DNA from: an uncultured bacterium
Lineage (GTDB): Bacteria > Chloroflexota > UBA5177 > JANWHV01
Assembly (NCBI GenBank): GCA_963729625.1
Contig: CAVSOU010000010.1
Span: 832,001-896,000, forward strand
DNA length: 64,000 nt
Reading direction: 5' to 3'
Shown here: piece by piece, positions 49,808 through 60,276 of the stretch
How the letters are laid out: every line of letters begins with the position of its first letter
How positions within the stretch are numbered: the first letter of the stretch is position 1
The notes under the pieces: model-generated
Seen by the model: the letters and a program-made list of their open reading frames with translations, nothing else
The model's database searches: none
Told to the model about the DNA's origin: nothing
Program-made: the position numbers and the translations under genes

Positions 49808-50013
49808 TACTCATGCCGTCGGCTTCAGCTACGCGGCCAGGTCAATGCGCACTGCGCCCCGGCGCGCGCACCCAGTAGCAGCTCAGTCCATGGAAATCTA
49901 CCACGGCTTGGCCGCTCGCAGACACGAGGACGCCCCACTTGGGGCGCCCTCGCGCTGCTATCCTGGCCCGCCAGCCCTGCCCGTCGTACCGGACGACAGG
50001 CAGGGTCTGCTGA

Positions 50014-51156
50014 TCAACGGCTTTGCGGTCGATTGCGAAGGAACGTGGGTAGGTCGTATGGATCGACCGAAGGCTGCATCTGGGGATTGATTCCCGGTTG
50101 GCGAGTCTGAATTGGCTGCTGGGGCTGCTCGACACGAGGCAAGGGCGCCTCCATCGGCTGGCTCAGCGGTCGCCCCGACTGCTGCCGGATGATTGGCTGT
50201 TGCGACTGCGGGCGGCCGTCGAAGCCGGTGGCAATCACCGTTATCTGGATCTCACCCTCCATGCTTTCGTCGATCACCGCGCCGAAGATAATGTTGGCGT
50301 CCGGATCGGCGGCCTCCTGGATAATAGCCGCAGCCTCGTGCACTTCGAACAGCGTGTAATCACTGCCGGTAATATTGAGCAGCACGCCGCGAGCACCCTC
50401 GATCGACACATCCAGGAGCGGGCTGGCGATTGCCTGATGTGCGGCATCGGTCGCGCGGCTGTCGCCCGAAGCGCGTCCGATGGCCATTAAGGCGCTGCCC
50501 GCCTGGGACATAACGCTCTTCACGTCGGCGAAGTCGAGATTGATCAGCCCCGGAACCGTAATCGTGTCCGAGATACCCTGGATGCCGGCTCGCAGCACGT
50601 CGTCGGCAAGCGCGAAGGCCATGTTCATGGTCATCTTCTTGTCCGCCAGGTGCAGGAGGCGGTCGTTGGGAACCGTAATCAGCGTGTCGACTCGTTCTTT
50701 AAACGCGTTCGCACCTTCGTCAGCCACGCGCCGGCGCCTGTTTCCTTCGAACGTGAAGGGCTTGGTAATCACGCCGACGGTCAATGCGCCGAGATCCTGA
50801 GCGATCTGCGCAATGACAGGGGCTGCCCCGGTTCCCGTGCCGCCACCCATGCCCGCCGCGATGAAGATCATGTCCGCGCCCTGCAAGGCGTCGCGCAGCT
50901 CTTCATAGGACTCCTCGGCCGCACGCTGGCCAACCGTTGGATCGCCCCCGGCCCCCAGGCCCTTCGTGAGCTTGTCGCCGATGCGCACTTTGACGGCGGC
51001 CTGTGAATGCAGCAGTGCCTGGTTATCCGTATTGACGGCGATAAACTCGACTTCCTGCATGCGAGCTTGGATCATGCGGTTGATCGCGTTACAGCCACCG
51101 CCACCTACGCCGATGACTTTGATTATCGCGTGGTCTGCGATTGATGGAACGTTCAT
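50014..51156 (-). CDS. ftsZ: cell division protein FtsZ
   Basis: [24 protein letters not shown]-terminal DLPTFLR. Confidence 0.98.
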   Translation of the reverse strand: MNVPSIADHAIIKVIGVGGGGCNAINRMIQARMQEVEFIAVNTDNQALLHSQAAVKVRIGDKLTKGLGAGGDPTVGQRAAEESYEELRDALQGADMIFIAAGMGGGTGTGAAPVIAQIAQDLGALTVGVITKPFTFEGNRRRRVADEGANAFKERVDTLITVPNDRLLHLADKKMTMNMAFALADDVLRAGIQGISDTITVPGLINLDFADVKSVMSQAGSALMAIGRASGDSRATDAAHQAIASPLLDVSIEGARGVLLNITGSDYTLFEVHEAAAIIQEAADPDANIIFGAVIDESMEGEIQITVIATGFDGRPQSQQPIIRQQSGRPLSQPMEAPLPRVEQPQQPIQTRQPGINPQMQPSVDPYDLPTFLRNRPQSR

Positions 51157-51290
51157 ACCGGGCGCGCCTCCTATTCCCGAACCCTGTCTCATTCCAGGCC
51201 CGCACCGGGACCAAGCCCGCAAGCCCATGTACCGGTGTTGTCACTCATGAAGTGGCCGATTACGTCCAAGTTGACCAATAACGTGTCGTG

Positions 51291-51299
51291 AGTATAGCA
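51291..51299 (-). promoter_or_regulatory. extended -10 element upstream of ftsZ
   Basis: TGCTATACT on the minus strand in the ftsA-ftsZ gap; the same 9-mer occurs upstream of the tRNA near 41103-41111. Confidence 0.5.
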
Positions 51300-51327
51300 C
51301 AGTCACTTTTGCGAAATAACCAGGATG

Positions 51328-52587
51328 TCAGGCAGATGCCCAGAAATGCTTCAACCAGCCAACGAACCGGCCGAAGACTTCGCCCCACGACGGGCCTCCT
51401 CCGCCCTCATCCGGCGCCTGGCCACGCGGATTCTGGAACTCACCCGCCTTCAGCCCCCACGTGAGCAGCCCGACCGAGGTGGAAAAGGCGGGGCTGCTGA
51501 TGCTATCCACCAGGCCGGTGAGCTGTGCCGGCCCCCCAACCCGCGCAGGCATCGCCAGGACGTCGCGAGCAAGATCGACGATATCGGCTAGCTGCGCCGA
51601 CCCGCCCGTGATCACCACACCTGCGGGCAGCACGCCATGGTACCCGGCATTTCGTATCTCCTCGTGCACGAGCGACAACATCTCGCGCACGCGCGCCTCC
51701 ACGATCTCGCAGAGAAAGCGCCGTGACACCGGCTCTCCCGCCGAGTTGTCAAACGTCGGGACTTTAATCATCTCGTTGACGTCGATGCGCTCCGCCACCG
51801 CGGACCCATGCTTCTTCTTCAGCTCTTCCGCTACGTCAAAGGGCGTGCGCAGACCGACCGCTATGTCATTGGTGAGATGATTGCCGCCGATACCAATCAC
51901 GCCGGTGTGCCAGATGCTTCCATTGATAAATATCGCCAGATCCGTGGTGCCGCCGCCGATATCGATCATGGCCACGCCCAGGTCGCGTTCGGCGCTCGTG
52001 AGTACAGCTTCACTCGATGCCAGCGGCTCGGGCACTATGTCGCTGATCTCGATGCCGGTCTTCTCCACGCACTTATACAGGTTATGAATCGACGTGGTCG
52101 CTCCGGTGATGATGTGACACTCGACCTCGAGCCTGTTGCCGGACATGCCCAGAGGGTCATGGATACCGGCCTCGCCGTCGACTACGTATTCTCGGGGGAT
52201 GACGTGCAGGACTTCCCGATTATGCGGGAGCGGCTGCGCTCGTGCCGCGTCGATCGCGCGATCGATGTCCGGGCGCGTTATCTCATGCAGATTGGGAGAA
52301 ACAGCGACAATGCCGCGACTGTTCTGGCTTGTGATATGGCTCCCGGCGATACCGACGAGCGCCGTGCCAATCTTGTAGCCTGAGATTCGCTCAGTCTTAT
52401 CCAGTGCCTCGCGAATCGCGGCGGCTGCCTCGTCTATGTTGACCACCATTCCCCTGCGAAGACCTTGCGATGGCGCCTGGCCAACTCCAACTATGTTCAG
52501 CCGGTTGTCCTGGTCAACCTCGCCAATCAAGGCGCAGATCTTTGTCGTGCCGACGTCCACGCCGACCATGACCCGCTCCTTGGTCAT
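51328..52587 (-). CDS. ftsA: cell division protein FtsA
   Basis: DVGTTKI, DIGGGTTD, GVVITGG, C-terminal amphipathic helix. Confidence 0.97.
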   Translation of the reverse strand: MTKERVMVGVDVGTTKICALIGEVDQDNRLNIVGVGQAPSQGLRRGMVVNIDEAAAAIREALDKTERISGYKIGTALVGIAGSHITSQNSRGIVAVSPNLHEITRPDIDRAIDAARAQPLPHNREVLHVIPREYVVDGEAGIHDPLGMSGNRLEVECHIITGATTSIHNLYKCVEKTGIEISDIVPEPLASSEAVLTSAERDLGVAMIDIGGGTTDLAIFINGSIWHTGVIGIGGNHLTNDIAVGLRTPFDVAEELKKKHGSAVAERIDVNEMIKVPTFDNSAGEPVSRRFLCEIVEARVREMLSLVHEEIRNAGYHGVLPAGVVITGGSAQLADIVDLARDVLAMPARVGGPAQLTGLVDSISSPAFSTSVGLLTWGLKAGEFQNPRGQAPDEGGGGPSWGEVFGRFVGWLKHFWASA

Positions 52588-52787
52588 CAGGCCTCCCCCC
52601 AGTGGGCGATCTCCTCTATATGAGTCCTGACGATGATACCACCCGTCCTATAGGCAGTAAAGCAACACAGTGGGTACTCGATCGGAGAAACTGTTGACTT
52701 CGCGACGGTTCCGGAACTCACCTGCCACCGTGCACGTCTGCCCGGGTTCCGGGCCGTCGGTCCATCTCAGTGATGCCCCGCCCCAGG

Positions 52788-53642
52788 TTACCCGCAGTTA
52801 TGGTTGGGGTGGATGTAGCTGGGCGGGGAACCCTGGAGATTTGCTTCTCGAAGATCGATGCACTGGCCGGGTGCGAGAAACGGCGGCCTGTGGGACAACG
52901 CACCAAGGAGCGCTGCCATGCGGAAATCCAGATTGTTCGATCTGTCCATGCCGAAAAGCGCCCACCAGTTCGTCTTGCCGACCACGATCTCACCCGTAAA
53001 CGGCTTGTACGTATACCCCTTCACTAGCGGTCTCAGATCGGGCGGCGTTCGGCTCTTAAGGCTGCGGGCCATTTGCAAGGCCTCCACTCCGACATGCTCT
53101 CCGACCAACAGTCGGTGGCCCTTGCGTATCACCGTGTCGTAGCCCTCGTCGAAGACTGGGAGTGACTTCCATGCAGACTTGGGAAACGGCTTCTTCCAGA
53201 CCTGGAGGACCTGTCCGTCGGAAGACACGGCATACGCCGCTTCGGGCGTCCGCCAGATAGCCACGCGCACTTTGTAGTGCGCGATCACGCGCACGTGGTT
53301 CGGGAGACTTGTCTCAACTCTGTCGACGATCAGGGCTGGAATACCCGAGAGCCGTCGCTTGATTACGTCGGCCTGCAAGGTGAAGATGCTCTTATCAATA
53401 CATTCGCAGCGCGCAAGAACCTCGGCAGTCTCTTTCTTGCCCAGTCGCGGCGTGTCTACCGCCCGCACGGTGAAGGTGCCTGAGAGCAGGACGTAGTACA
53501 ACACAACGATGCTGCACGCGATCGCCACAATCCAGGGCACCGGAAGTTGCCTGATCGCACCCCAGCCGAAACGTCGGCGTGTGCGGAAGAAGCGGCGTCT
53601 GGGCTGGCGCGATGCACCCGTGGCGGGGCGCGCCATGGCCAT
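52788..53642 (-). CDS. ftsQ: FtsQ/DivIB-like POTRA protein (start uncertain)
   Basis: Basic N-terminus, single TM, POTRA-like segment, IDLR near the C-terminus; lies between murB and ftsA. Confidence 0.75.
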   Translation of the reverse strand: MAMARPATGASRQPRRRFFRTRRRFGWGAIRQLPVPWIVAIACSIVVLYYVLLSGTFTVRAVDTPRLGKKETAEVLARCECIDKSIFTLQADVIKRRLSGIPALIVDRVETSLPNHVRVIAHYKVRVAIWRTPEAAYAVSSDGQVLQVWKKPFPKSAWKSLPVFDEGYDTVIRKGHRLLVGEHVGVEALQMARSLKSRTPPDLRPLVKGYTYKPFTGEIVVGKTNWWALFGMDRSNNLDFRMAALLGALSHRPPFLAPGQCIDLREANLQGSPPSYIHPNHNCG

Positions 53643-53652
53643 CTGCCGGGGT

Positions 53653-54618
53653 CTATGTGGCGTCTGGCGCTTCACGGCCAATCGGCTGTACCTCCAGAAC
53701 CAACTCAACGCCAAACTGCTCGCGTACCCGCGTGCGGACTAACTCGATCAGGGTGGCTATGTCAGCGGCAAGCGCGCCCGAGCGCGTCACCACGAAGTTG
53801 GCGTGCCGGTGAGAGACTGTGGCCCCACCGACGCATACGCCTTTCAACCCCGCCTGATCGATCAACCTGGCGGCACTCTCTCCCGGCGGATTCTTGAATA
53901 CCGAGCCCGCGCTCGCGCTTGCTAGAGGCTGCGTGGACTGCCTCTGGCGCTTATACGCGTGCATCTGCAAGCGAATCGCGGTCGGATCGGCAGCGCGAAG
54001 GTTGAACACCGCGCGCAATACGACCTCGTGGGAGACGCCGTGCTCGCGCAACCGGCTGTGCCGATAGGCGAGGCGCATCGCTCCGACCGGAATCCAGCGT
54101 GCGCCGTCGGCAGGAGAGAAGAGCTCGGCCTCGCGCAGCGTGTCGGCGATGCAGCCGCCATGCGCGCCGGCATTGCTCACGACCGCCCCTCCAACGGTGC
54201 CCGGGATGCCCGCGCTCCATTCCAGACCAGCCAACCCTGAGCGCGCCGCGCGGTTTGCCAGCGCGCTGAGGAGGACGCCCCCGTCCGCGCACAGCCGTGT
54301 TCCGTCAAAGGTGATGCATTGGGTGCGATTGAGGATCACCAGTCCCTCAACACCCAGGTCGCTGACCAATACATTGGATCCCCGACCGAGTACACACCAG
54401 GGTACGCCGTGGGCTTCCGACAGTTGCAGCGCACCGATCAGTCCGGCGATGGTCGTAGCGGTACAAAGCAGATCAGCTGACCCTCCTGCGCGCCAGGTCG
54501 TATGCGGCGCCAGGGCTCCGAGTACCGCCACGTCTGTGAGGCCGGCTCGGCTCTTGAGTTCGCCGGCGAGTTCAGCCAGAACGGCGGGGTGAGAGGTGTA
54601 AGGCTCGGATACCATCAC
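53653..54618 (-). CDS. murB: UDP-N-acetylenolpyruvoylglucosamine reductase
   Basis: LGRGSNVLV, GIPGTVGGA, YRHS, SAGSVFKNP, HANF. Confidence 0.96.
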   Translation of the reverse strand: MMVSEPYTSHPAVLAELAGELKSRAGLTDVAVLGALAPHTTWRAGGSADLLCTATTIAGLIGALQLSEAHGVPWCVLGRGSNVLVSDLGVEGLVILNRTQCITFDGTRLCADGGVLLSALANRAARSGLAGLEWSAGIPGTVGGAVVSNAGAHGGCIADTLREAELFSPADGARWIPVGAMRLAYRHSRLREHGVSHEVVLRAVFNLRAADPTAIRLQMHAYKRQRQSTQPLASASAGSVFKNPPGESAARLIDQAGLKGVCVGGATVSHRHANFVVTRSGALAADIATLIELVRTRVREQFGVELVLEVQPIGREAPDAT

Positions 54619-56042
54619 CGGCCACCAGGCTCTCGCGAGCGCAACGCATCCACAATCCGTGGCCCGCTCTCCGTGATACTGCCTGCGCCCATGGTCAGCA
54701 CAACGTCGCCTGCCACCGCCACGGCAAGCACAGCAGACGGCACATCTTGCAGATCTTCAACCAGTCGTATTCGCCGCGCGCCTAGCCGGGCCTCGAGCGC
54801 CTCGGCAAGCACCGCAGCGCGCATACCAAGCGTGTCGGTCTCTCGCGACGCGTAGATCTCGGTCAGGATTACCTGGTCTGCCAGATCGAAGGCCAGGACG
54901 AAATCGTCGAACAGGAGCTTGGTACGAGAGTACGTGTGCGGTTGAAAGAGCGCCACGATTCGCCGGCCCGTAAATCGGGCACGCGCCGCCGACAGCGTTG
55001 CACGTATTTCCGTGGGATGGTGCGCGTAATCGTCGAACACCACGATGCCCGCAGCCTCACCAACCATCTGAAACCGCCGGCTCGTGCCATGGAACTCAGC
55101 CAGCGCCTCGATTGCCTGATGAGCGTCTACTCCCGCGCTCACGCACGAGGCGACCGCCTGCAGGGCATTCAGGACATTGTGTCGCCCGGAAATCGCGAGC
55201 CGGCTGGGCATCGCGCCGAACGGAGATCGTATCGTAAATGAGGTGCCCGCGGCGCCCTCCACGACGCGGTCGACTTGCCAATCGGCGACGCATGGCGCGG
55301 GAGCGCAGGTCACGGTCGACACGTGATCCGGAGAGGCTAGCCGCGATAAATACGGATCCGCGTGGTTGACCACCAGGATGCCGCCCGGCCGCACGCGCCT
55401 GAAAAACTGCTCATACGCCTCATGCATGGCCTCGATATCGCCGTAGTACTCGAGGTGATCCGGCTCGACATTGGTGATCGTAGCGATGGAAGGGCTAAGC
55501 TGCAGGAAACTGCGATCGTACTCGTCAGCTTCGACCACTGCCCATGCCCCGTGGCCGAACGCCGCGCTCGCCCCGAGATCCAGCACCTCGCTGCCGACGA
55601 CATACGACGGGTCGAAACCCGCCCGAGCGAGGATGAGCGCCACCATTGCCGACGTCGTGGTCTTCCCATGCGTGCCGGCCACGGCAATGGTCTTGTGCGG
55701 TTCCAGCAGCCAGCCAAGCGCCGCCGCTCGTTTCACTACTGGAATGGCCGCGGAACGTGCGGCCGCAACCTCCACATTGCTCTCGCGAACAGCCGCCGAG
55801 ATAATGACGAGATCCGCGCCTTCGACATGAGCCGCGTTATGCCCCAAGTGGAACACCAGCCCTTGCGCGGCAAGCCGGCCCATCTGTGCAGTGCTTTGCG
55901 AATCCGATCCGCTCAAGGAGTACCCTCGCGCAAGCAGCACTGCGGCGAGAGCGTTCATACCGGCGCCCGCGACGCCGATCATGTGGATTCGAGCGCCCGA
56001 GTGCAGCGCCCTTAGCGGCGCTTGCGCCTGGTCAAGAGTCAT
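54615..56042 (-). CDS. murC: UDP-N-acetylmuramate--L-alanine ligase
   Basis: IGVAGAGM, AGTHGKTTT, EADEYDRSF, DDYAHHPTE, FQPHTYSRT. Confidence 0.97.
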   Translation of the reverse strand: MTLDQAQAPLRALHSGARIHMIGVAGAGMNALAAVLLARGYSLSGSDSQSTAQMGRLAAQGLVFHLGHNAAHVEGADLVIISAAVRESNVEVAAARSAAIPVVKRAAALGWLLEPHKTIAVAGTHGKTTTSAMVALILARAGFDPSYVVGSEVLDLGASAAFGHGAWAVVEADEYDRSFLQLSPSIATITNVEPDHLEYYGDIEAMHEAYEQFFRRVRPGGILVVNHADPYLSRLASPDHVSTVTCAPAPCVADWQVDRVVEGAAGTSFTIRSPFGAMPSRLAISGRHNVLNALQAVASCVSAGVDAHQAIEALAEFHGTSRRFQMVGEAAGIVVFDDYAHHPTEIRATLSAARARFTGRRIVALFQPHTYSRTKLLFDDFVLAFDLADQVILTEIYASRETDTLGMRAAVLAEALEARLGARRIRLVEDLQDVPSAVLAVAVAGDVVLTMGAGSITESGPRIVDALRSREPGGR

Positions 56043-56057
56043 GTGCACGACCTCGCA

Positions 56058-57194
56058 TCAGAGCCTTCCCACGCCCGCCACGCGGCGGACAATAGTCGCG
56101 ATGGCGTCCGCGGCGTCCGGCCGCGCCAACGCTCGCATCTTCTCCGACATAGCGTCAAGCCGTGGATGGTCCCGGAGCAACGCAAGCACACGCTCGCGCA
56201 GAGACTCGGGCGAGAGAGCGGAGTCGAGCAGTACAACAGCCGCGCCTTGTTCCTCGAGATAGCGCGCATTGGTTATCTGGCTCGAGAATGGACCGGGAAC
56301 CATGATCGCCGGCACGCCGGCCAGTGGGAGCTCGGCGAGCGGCGCGGCGCCGGCACGGCAGACAACCAGGCTAGCAGCGGCAATTACATCTGCCATTTCA
56401 GAGGCGGGCAAGTAGCTGAACAGACGGTATCGTCCCCGCAGTACCTGCGGCAGAGCTGACTGCCGAGCCTGCTGCTCCGCGAGGTCGGCATCGCCGCAGA
56501 CGTGCAACACCTGAGTGGCCAGCAAGATATCCGGCAGTGTGCCAGAAATCGCCTCGTTGATAGTGTGCGCGCCTTGACTTCCGCCAATCACGGCCAGCAC
56601 GGGGAGCGAGGGATCGAGATAGAGACTGGATCGAGCCTTCTCGCGATCCATATGCAGGAACTCTGGTCGCACCGGGTAGCCGGTCAACGTCGCGCGATCG
56701 GGCGGCAACTTCGCCATAGCAGGCGGGAATGCGGCGGCAATCGCCGTCGCGACCCGAGCGGCGGCATCGCTCACCCACCCCTGATCGATCTCCACGGCGA
56801 GCACTACCAGGGGCACGCGGTGCGCGAGACTCGCGGCCACCACCGGTGCGCAGACGTAACCGCCCGACACAAGCGCCACGTTTGGCCGAAACCGCTTGAC
56901 AACGCGCGCCGCCTGCACGAAGCCACCGGCGAGGCGTGCAACATTTGGAATGGCGCGGATACCCATGCCACGCAGTCCGCCCGCCTCGATCTGTGCAAAT
57001 GGGAGCCCCGCCTCTTCGACCAGGCGGCGATCGATAGGCCTTGGTCCGCCGACATAGAGAAACTCAACGGTTCCGGGCGTGGTTCCGCTCGCGCCAGCTG
57101 CCACGCGCTCCCTGGACAGGGACTTGGCGGTCGTGAGGCACGGGTAGATGTGGCCGCCTGTTCCCCCACCAGAAATGAGTACCCGTAAGGTCAC
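56058..57194 (-). CDS. murG: MurG glycosyltransferase
   Basis: SGGGTGGHIYP, SGGYV, GGSQGA, CRAGA, QITNA; GTG with GGAGG RBS. Confidence 0.95.
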   Translation of the reverse strand: MTLRVLISGGGTGGHIYPCLTTAKSLSRERVAAGASGTTPGTVEFLYVGGPRPIDRRLVEEAGLPFAQIEAGGLRGMGIRAIPNVARLAGGFVQAARVVKRFRPNVALVSGGYVCAPVVAASLAHRVPLVVLAVEIDQGWVSDAAARVATAIAAAFPPAMAKLPPDRATLTGYPVRPEFLHMDREKARSSLYLDPSLPVLAVIGGSQGAHTINEAISGTLPDILLATQVLHVCGDADLAEQQARQSALPQVLRGRYRLFSYLPASEMADVIAAASLVVCRAGAAPLAELPLAGVPAIMVPGPFSSQITNARYLEEQGAAVVLLDSALSPESLRERVLALLRDHPRLDAMSEKMRALARPDAADAIATIVRRVAGVGRL

Positions 57195-58764
57195 TGCGAT
57201 CCTCCGGCAACGGCTCGACATGCCGCGATACGTTGAGCAAAATGCCAACGGCCAGTAAGTTTACCACGAGAGAATTGCCACCGTAACTGATGAACGGCAA
57301 CGGCACACCGGTGAACGGGATAGTGTTGGTCACCGACATCATGTTCAGAAGCGCCTGTACGACGAGATAGCTGGTGATGCCCGCCGCGAGCAGCTTGCCG
57401 AACGGTTCCGCGGTCAAGAGGCTGACGCGGATGCCACGATAGGCGAAATAGGCGAACAGCCCGACTACCACGAGACAGCCGACCAGCCCCGTCTCCTCGC
57501 CGATGGTCGCGAAAATCGAATCGGAATTTGCGGCAGGAATGAAATCCTTCATCTGGCCGTTGCCGAGTCCAACACCGGTCAGACCACCGTGCCAGAACGC
57601 GAGCAAAGCGTGAGATATCTGGTAGCCCAAGCCCAATTGATCGTCCCACGGATGCTGCCAGGCCTGGATGCGCGCGCTCCAGTAGTTGCCTTTGTGCGAC
57701 ACGAAGTATGCAATAGGGAGGAACAACGCCGCCAGCATGACGAGGTGCGGCAGTCGCGCCCCCGACACAAAGAACATGATCACCATGGCGCCGCTCACCA
57801 CCGCGGCAGTTCCCAGATCCGGCTGCTGAAAAATAAGCAGTGTCGTGAAACCAAGCACAAGCAAGAACGCGAGAAGGCCCATGAACGATTGTTTGACCTC
57901 TTCGGGCTTTCCGGCGAGCCACGTAGCTGCGTATATCGTCAGCGCGAGCTTCCCGAGTTCGCTTGGCTGTATCGACTGACCTTTAAAGTAGAGCCAACGC
58001 GAGGAGCCACCGGACGAATGGCCAAGCCCTGGAACGTGCACCGCGATCAAGGCCAGAGCGGTGAGAATCAAGAACGGCATAGTCCAGCGCCGGATCGACA
58101 TGTAGTTTATCCGCTGCCCGAAATACATCGCGATCAGACCGAGCGCCACGGATACGAGCTCTTTTTTCATGTAGTAATTCACGTCGCCGTTGACCTGATA
58201 GTCCTGGACCATGCTCGCGCTATAGACAAACACAGTGCCAAGGACCAGCAGGCAGATGATGGTCGCGAGCAGGCGCACGTCGACCTGCGGTCTCAACACG
58301 TCGGCCTCAGCCGAGAGCCTCTCCTCAGATGCGCTTGACTCGGCTTGGGCGCCTTCAACAGGCGCTGTACCGGCCACCATGCGCGTGGCCATCATCTCGG
58401 TCGCAGCAACAAGTGGCGGGCGCGGCCGGCTCATGGGCTGGGTCTTCCGTGCCGCCGACGGCCCAACGTCTACGCCCTGCACCGGAGGTCGCACGAAGGC
58501 GCTAGCCTTCGCCACGCAGCGCCCAAGTAACGCTGCCGACGCTCGCAGCGGCATGACGGAGGCCACCGCGCGAAGCGCAGGACCTAAACGAGGACTCGGG
58601 GGAGGCACGGAGTCGGACTGAAGGTTGCGCGAAGCGTAGGTCCCAGGGACGCGCGCAGAATACCCCACCCGGCGTGTTCCGCGGTCGGCATCATGATGCG
58701 GCGTGGGATCTTGCCTTCGCGCGTGCTGCGCCGCACCTCCGCCCTGTTTCCGGTTAGCTGCCAC
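57064..58764 (-). CDS. ftsW: FtsW (SEDS) with long N-terminal extension
   Basis: VYSAS, IQPSELGK, QPDLGT, SDSIF, GEETG, TGVPLPFISYGG. Confidence 0.94.
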   Translation of the reverse strand: MAANRKQGGGAAQHARRQDPTPHHDADRGTRRVGYSARVPGTYASRNLQSDSVPPPSPRLGPALRAVASVMPLRASAALLGRCVAKASAFVRPPVQGVDVGPSAARKTQPMSRPRPPLVAATEMMATRMVAGTAPVEGAQAESSASEERLSAEADVLRPQVDVRLLATIICLLVLGTVFVYSASMVQDYQVNGDVNYYMKKELVSVALGLIAMYFGQRINYMSIRRWTMPFLILTALALIAVHVPGLGHSSGGSSRWLYFKGQSIQPSELGKLALTIYAATWLAGKPEEVKQSFMGLLAFLLVLGFTTLLIFQQPDLGTAAVVSGAMVIMFFVSGARLPHLVMLAALFLPIAYFVSHKGNYWSARIQAWQHPWDDQLGLGYQISHALLAFWHGGLTGVGLGNGQMKDFIPAANSDSIFATIGEETGLVGCLVVVGLFAYFAYRGIRVSLLTAEPFGKLLAAGITSYLVVQALLNMMSVTNTIPFTGVPLPFISYGGNSLVVNLLAVGILLNVSRHVEPLPEDRSDLTGTHFWWGNRRPHLPVPHDRQVPVQGARGSWRERNHARNR

Positions 58765-60124
58765 CTAGTGCCCCCACGAGCTCTCGGAACCGTGCGCCGC
58801 GCGCCTCGAAATTGGAAAACTGGTCGTAGCTGGCGCAGCCAGGCGAGAGAAGGACCACGTCGCCGGGCTGCGCGAACGCCGACGCGTCCGCCACGGCATG
58901 CTCGAGATCGACGCTTCTACGCACGTTGTCCGCCGTAAGCACGTGTTTTCCTGGCTGGGCCAGCGCTTCCTCAAGTTGTGCAGCGATGAGCTCCTGCGCC
59001 TCGCCGATCAGCAGCACCGCGCGAGCTCGCTTTGCCACGTTTCGGCAGAACGCTTGCCACGGGAGGTCCTTGTCATGACCGCCCAAAATCAGTACCACTG
59101 GCCCATCGACTCCGTCGAGCGCGGCTTGCGCGCGATCGGGCGTGGTGGCGATCGAATCGTTATAGTAGCGCACGCCGTCGAGGATACGAACGAGCTCAAG
59201 GCGATGTGATACGCCGGAAAAGTCGTGCAGCACATCCCGCATGGCTTCGACCTCGACGCCCATCTCATCCGCCGCCGTGATCGCCGCGAGCGCGTTCGCC
59301 ACGTTATGGAGACCGGGCACGCGCAGAACACGGCGGGTGCACACCGGTATGCTGAACCCGCCGCGACGGACGCACAGCATGTCACCCTCCAGAACCGCGC
59401 CATCGGACTGTGCGGACTCCAGGCTGAAGTATAGCACGCGACCGCCGGCAGACCGGGCAAAGAGTGGAGCATACGCGTCCTGTGCATTGAGCACCGCGAG
59501 ATCGCTCTGGTGCTGATTCTGGACTATGTGGAGCTTCGCGGCTGCATACTCGTTCATTGTCTTGTGCCGATCGAGGTGATTAGGCGTGACGTTTGTCACT
59601 ACGGCGATCCGCGGGCTCGCCGCCAGCCATTCGAGCTGAAAACTGCTCATCTCCAGAATCACCCAATCAGTCGGGCGCATGTCTCTCGCCTCGTTCAGAA
59701 GTGGCCTCCCAATGTTGCCTCCGACGTGAGCCACCAAACCACCCGCCTCCGCCATGAGGCCCAACATTGTCGTGGTCGTCGTCTTTCCGTTGCTTCCAGT
59801 GATGCCCGCGATGGGTGCTGGACAGATGTCAAAGAAGACATCCGTTAGCGCCGAGACGCGGATGCCACGAGCCAACGCAACCTGAACGACCCGAGCCTCC
59901 TTGGGCACGGCCGGATTCACATAGACGGTGTCAAACGGCTCCAGGTCCGGGCAGTCGTTGCCGGCGACAAGCACGGCACCGAGCATTGCAGCGGTTTCGG
60001 CAGCCGCCCCAAGCTCAGAGGCGGGTCGGCCGTCACAGACCGTCACATCCGCTCCCGAATCGCGCAGAAAGCGTGTCAAAGCCAGCCCTTCGCGACCAAG
60101 CCCCACGATCAGCGATCTGGCCAA
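58754..60124 (-). CDS. murD: UDP-N-acetylmuramoyl-L-alanine--D-glutamate ligase
   Basis: ITGSNGKTTT, GGNIG, EMSSFQL, NHLDRH, YYNDS, LLSPGCASYDQF. Confidence 0.97.
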   Translation of the reverse strand: MARSLIVGLGREGLALTRFLRDSGADVTVCDGRPASELGAAAETAAMLGAVLVAGNDCPDLEPFDTVYVNPAVPKEARVVQVALARGIRVSALTDVFFDICPAPIAGITGSNGKTTTTTMLGLMAEAGGLVAHVGGNIGRPLLNEARDMRPTDWVILEMSSFQLEWLAASPRIAVVTNVTPNHLDRHKTMNEYAAAKLHIVQNQHQSDLAVLNAQDAYAPLFARSAGGRVLYFSLESAQSDGAVLEGDMLCVRRGGFSIPVCTRRVLRVPGLHNVANALAAITAADEMGVEVEAMRDVLHDFSGVSHRLELVRILDGVRYYNDSIATTPDRAQAALDGVDGPVVLILGGHDKDLPWQAFCRNVAKRARAVLLIGEAQELIAAQLEEALAQPGKHVLTADNVRRSVDLEHAVADASAFAQPGDVVLLSPGCASYDQFSNFEARGARFRELVGALGGS

Positions 60125-60276
60125 ACCTTGTCCTTTCCTTCAATCCAGGCGCCGACCGTGCAAAGATCTCTCTTTCCGTAGGTCAACGGCGGGCCTGCCC
60201 GGCTCCCGATCAGCATGCGGCGAGAGAAGATCGCACTGGGAAGTGTACCCCACTGGGGACCTACCCTCGCGCCGCC

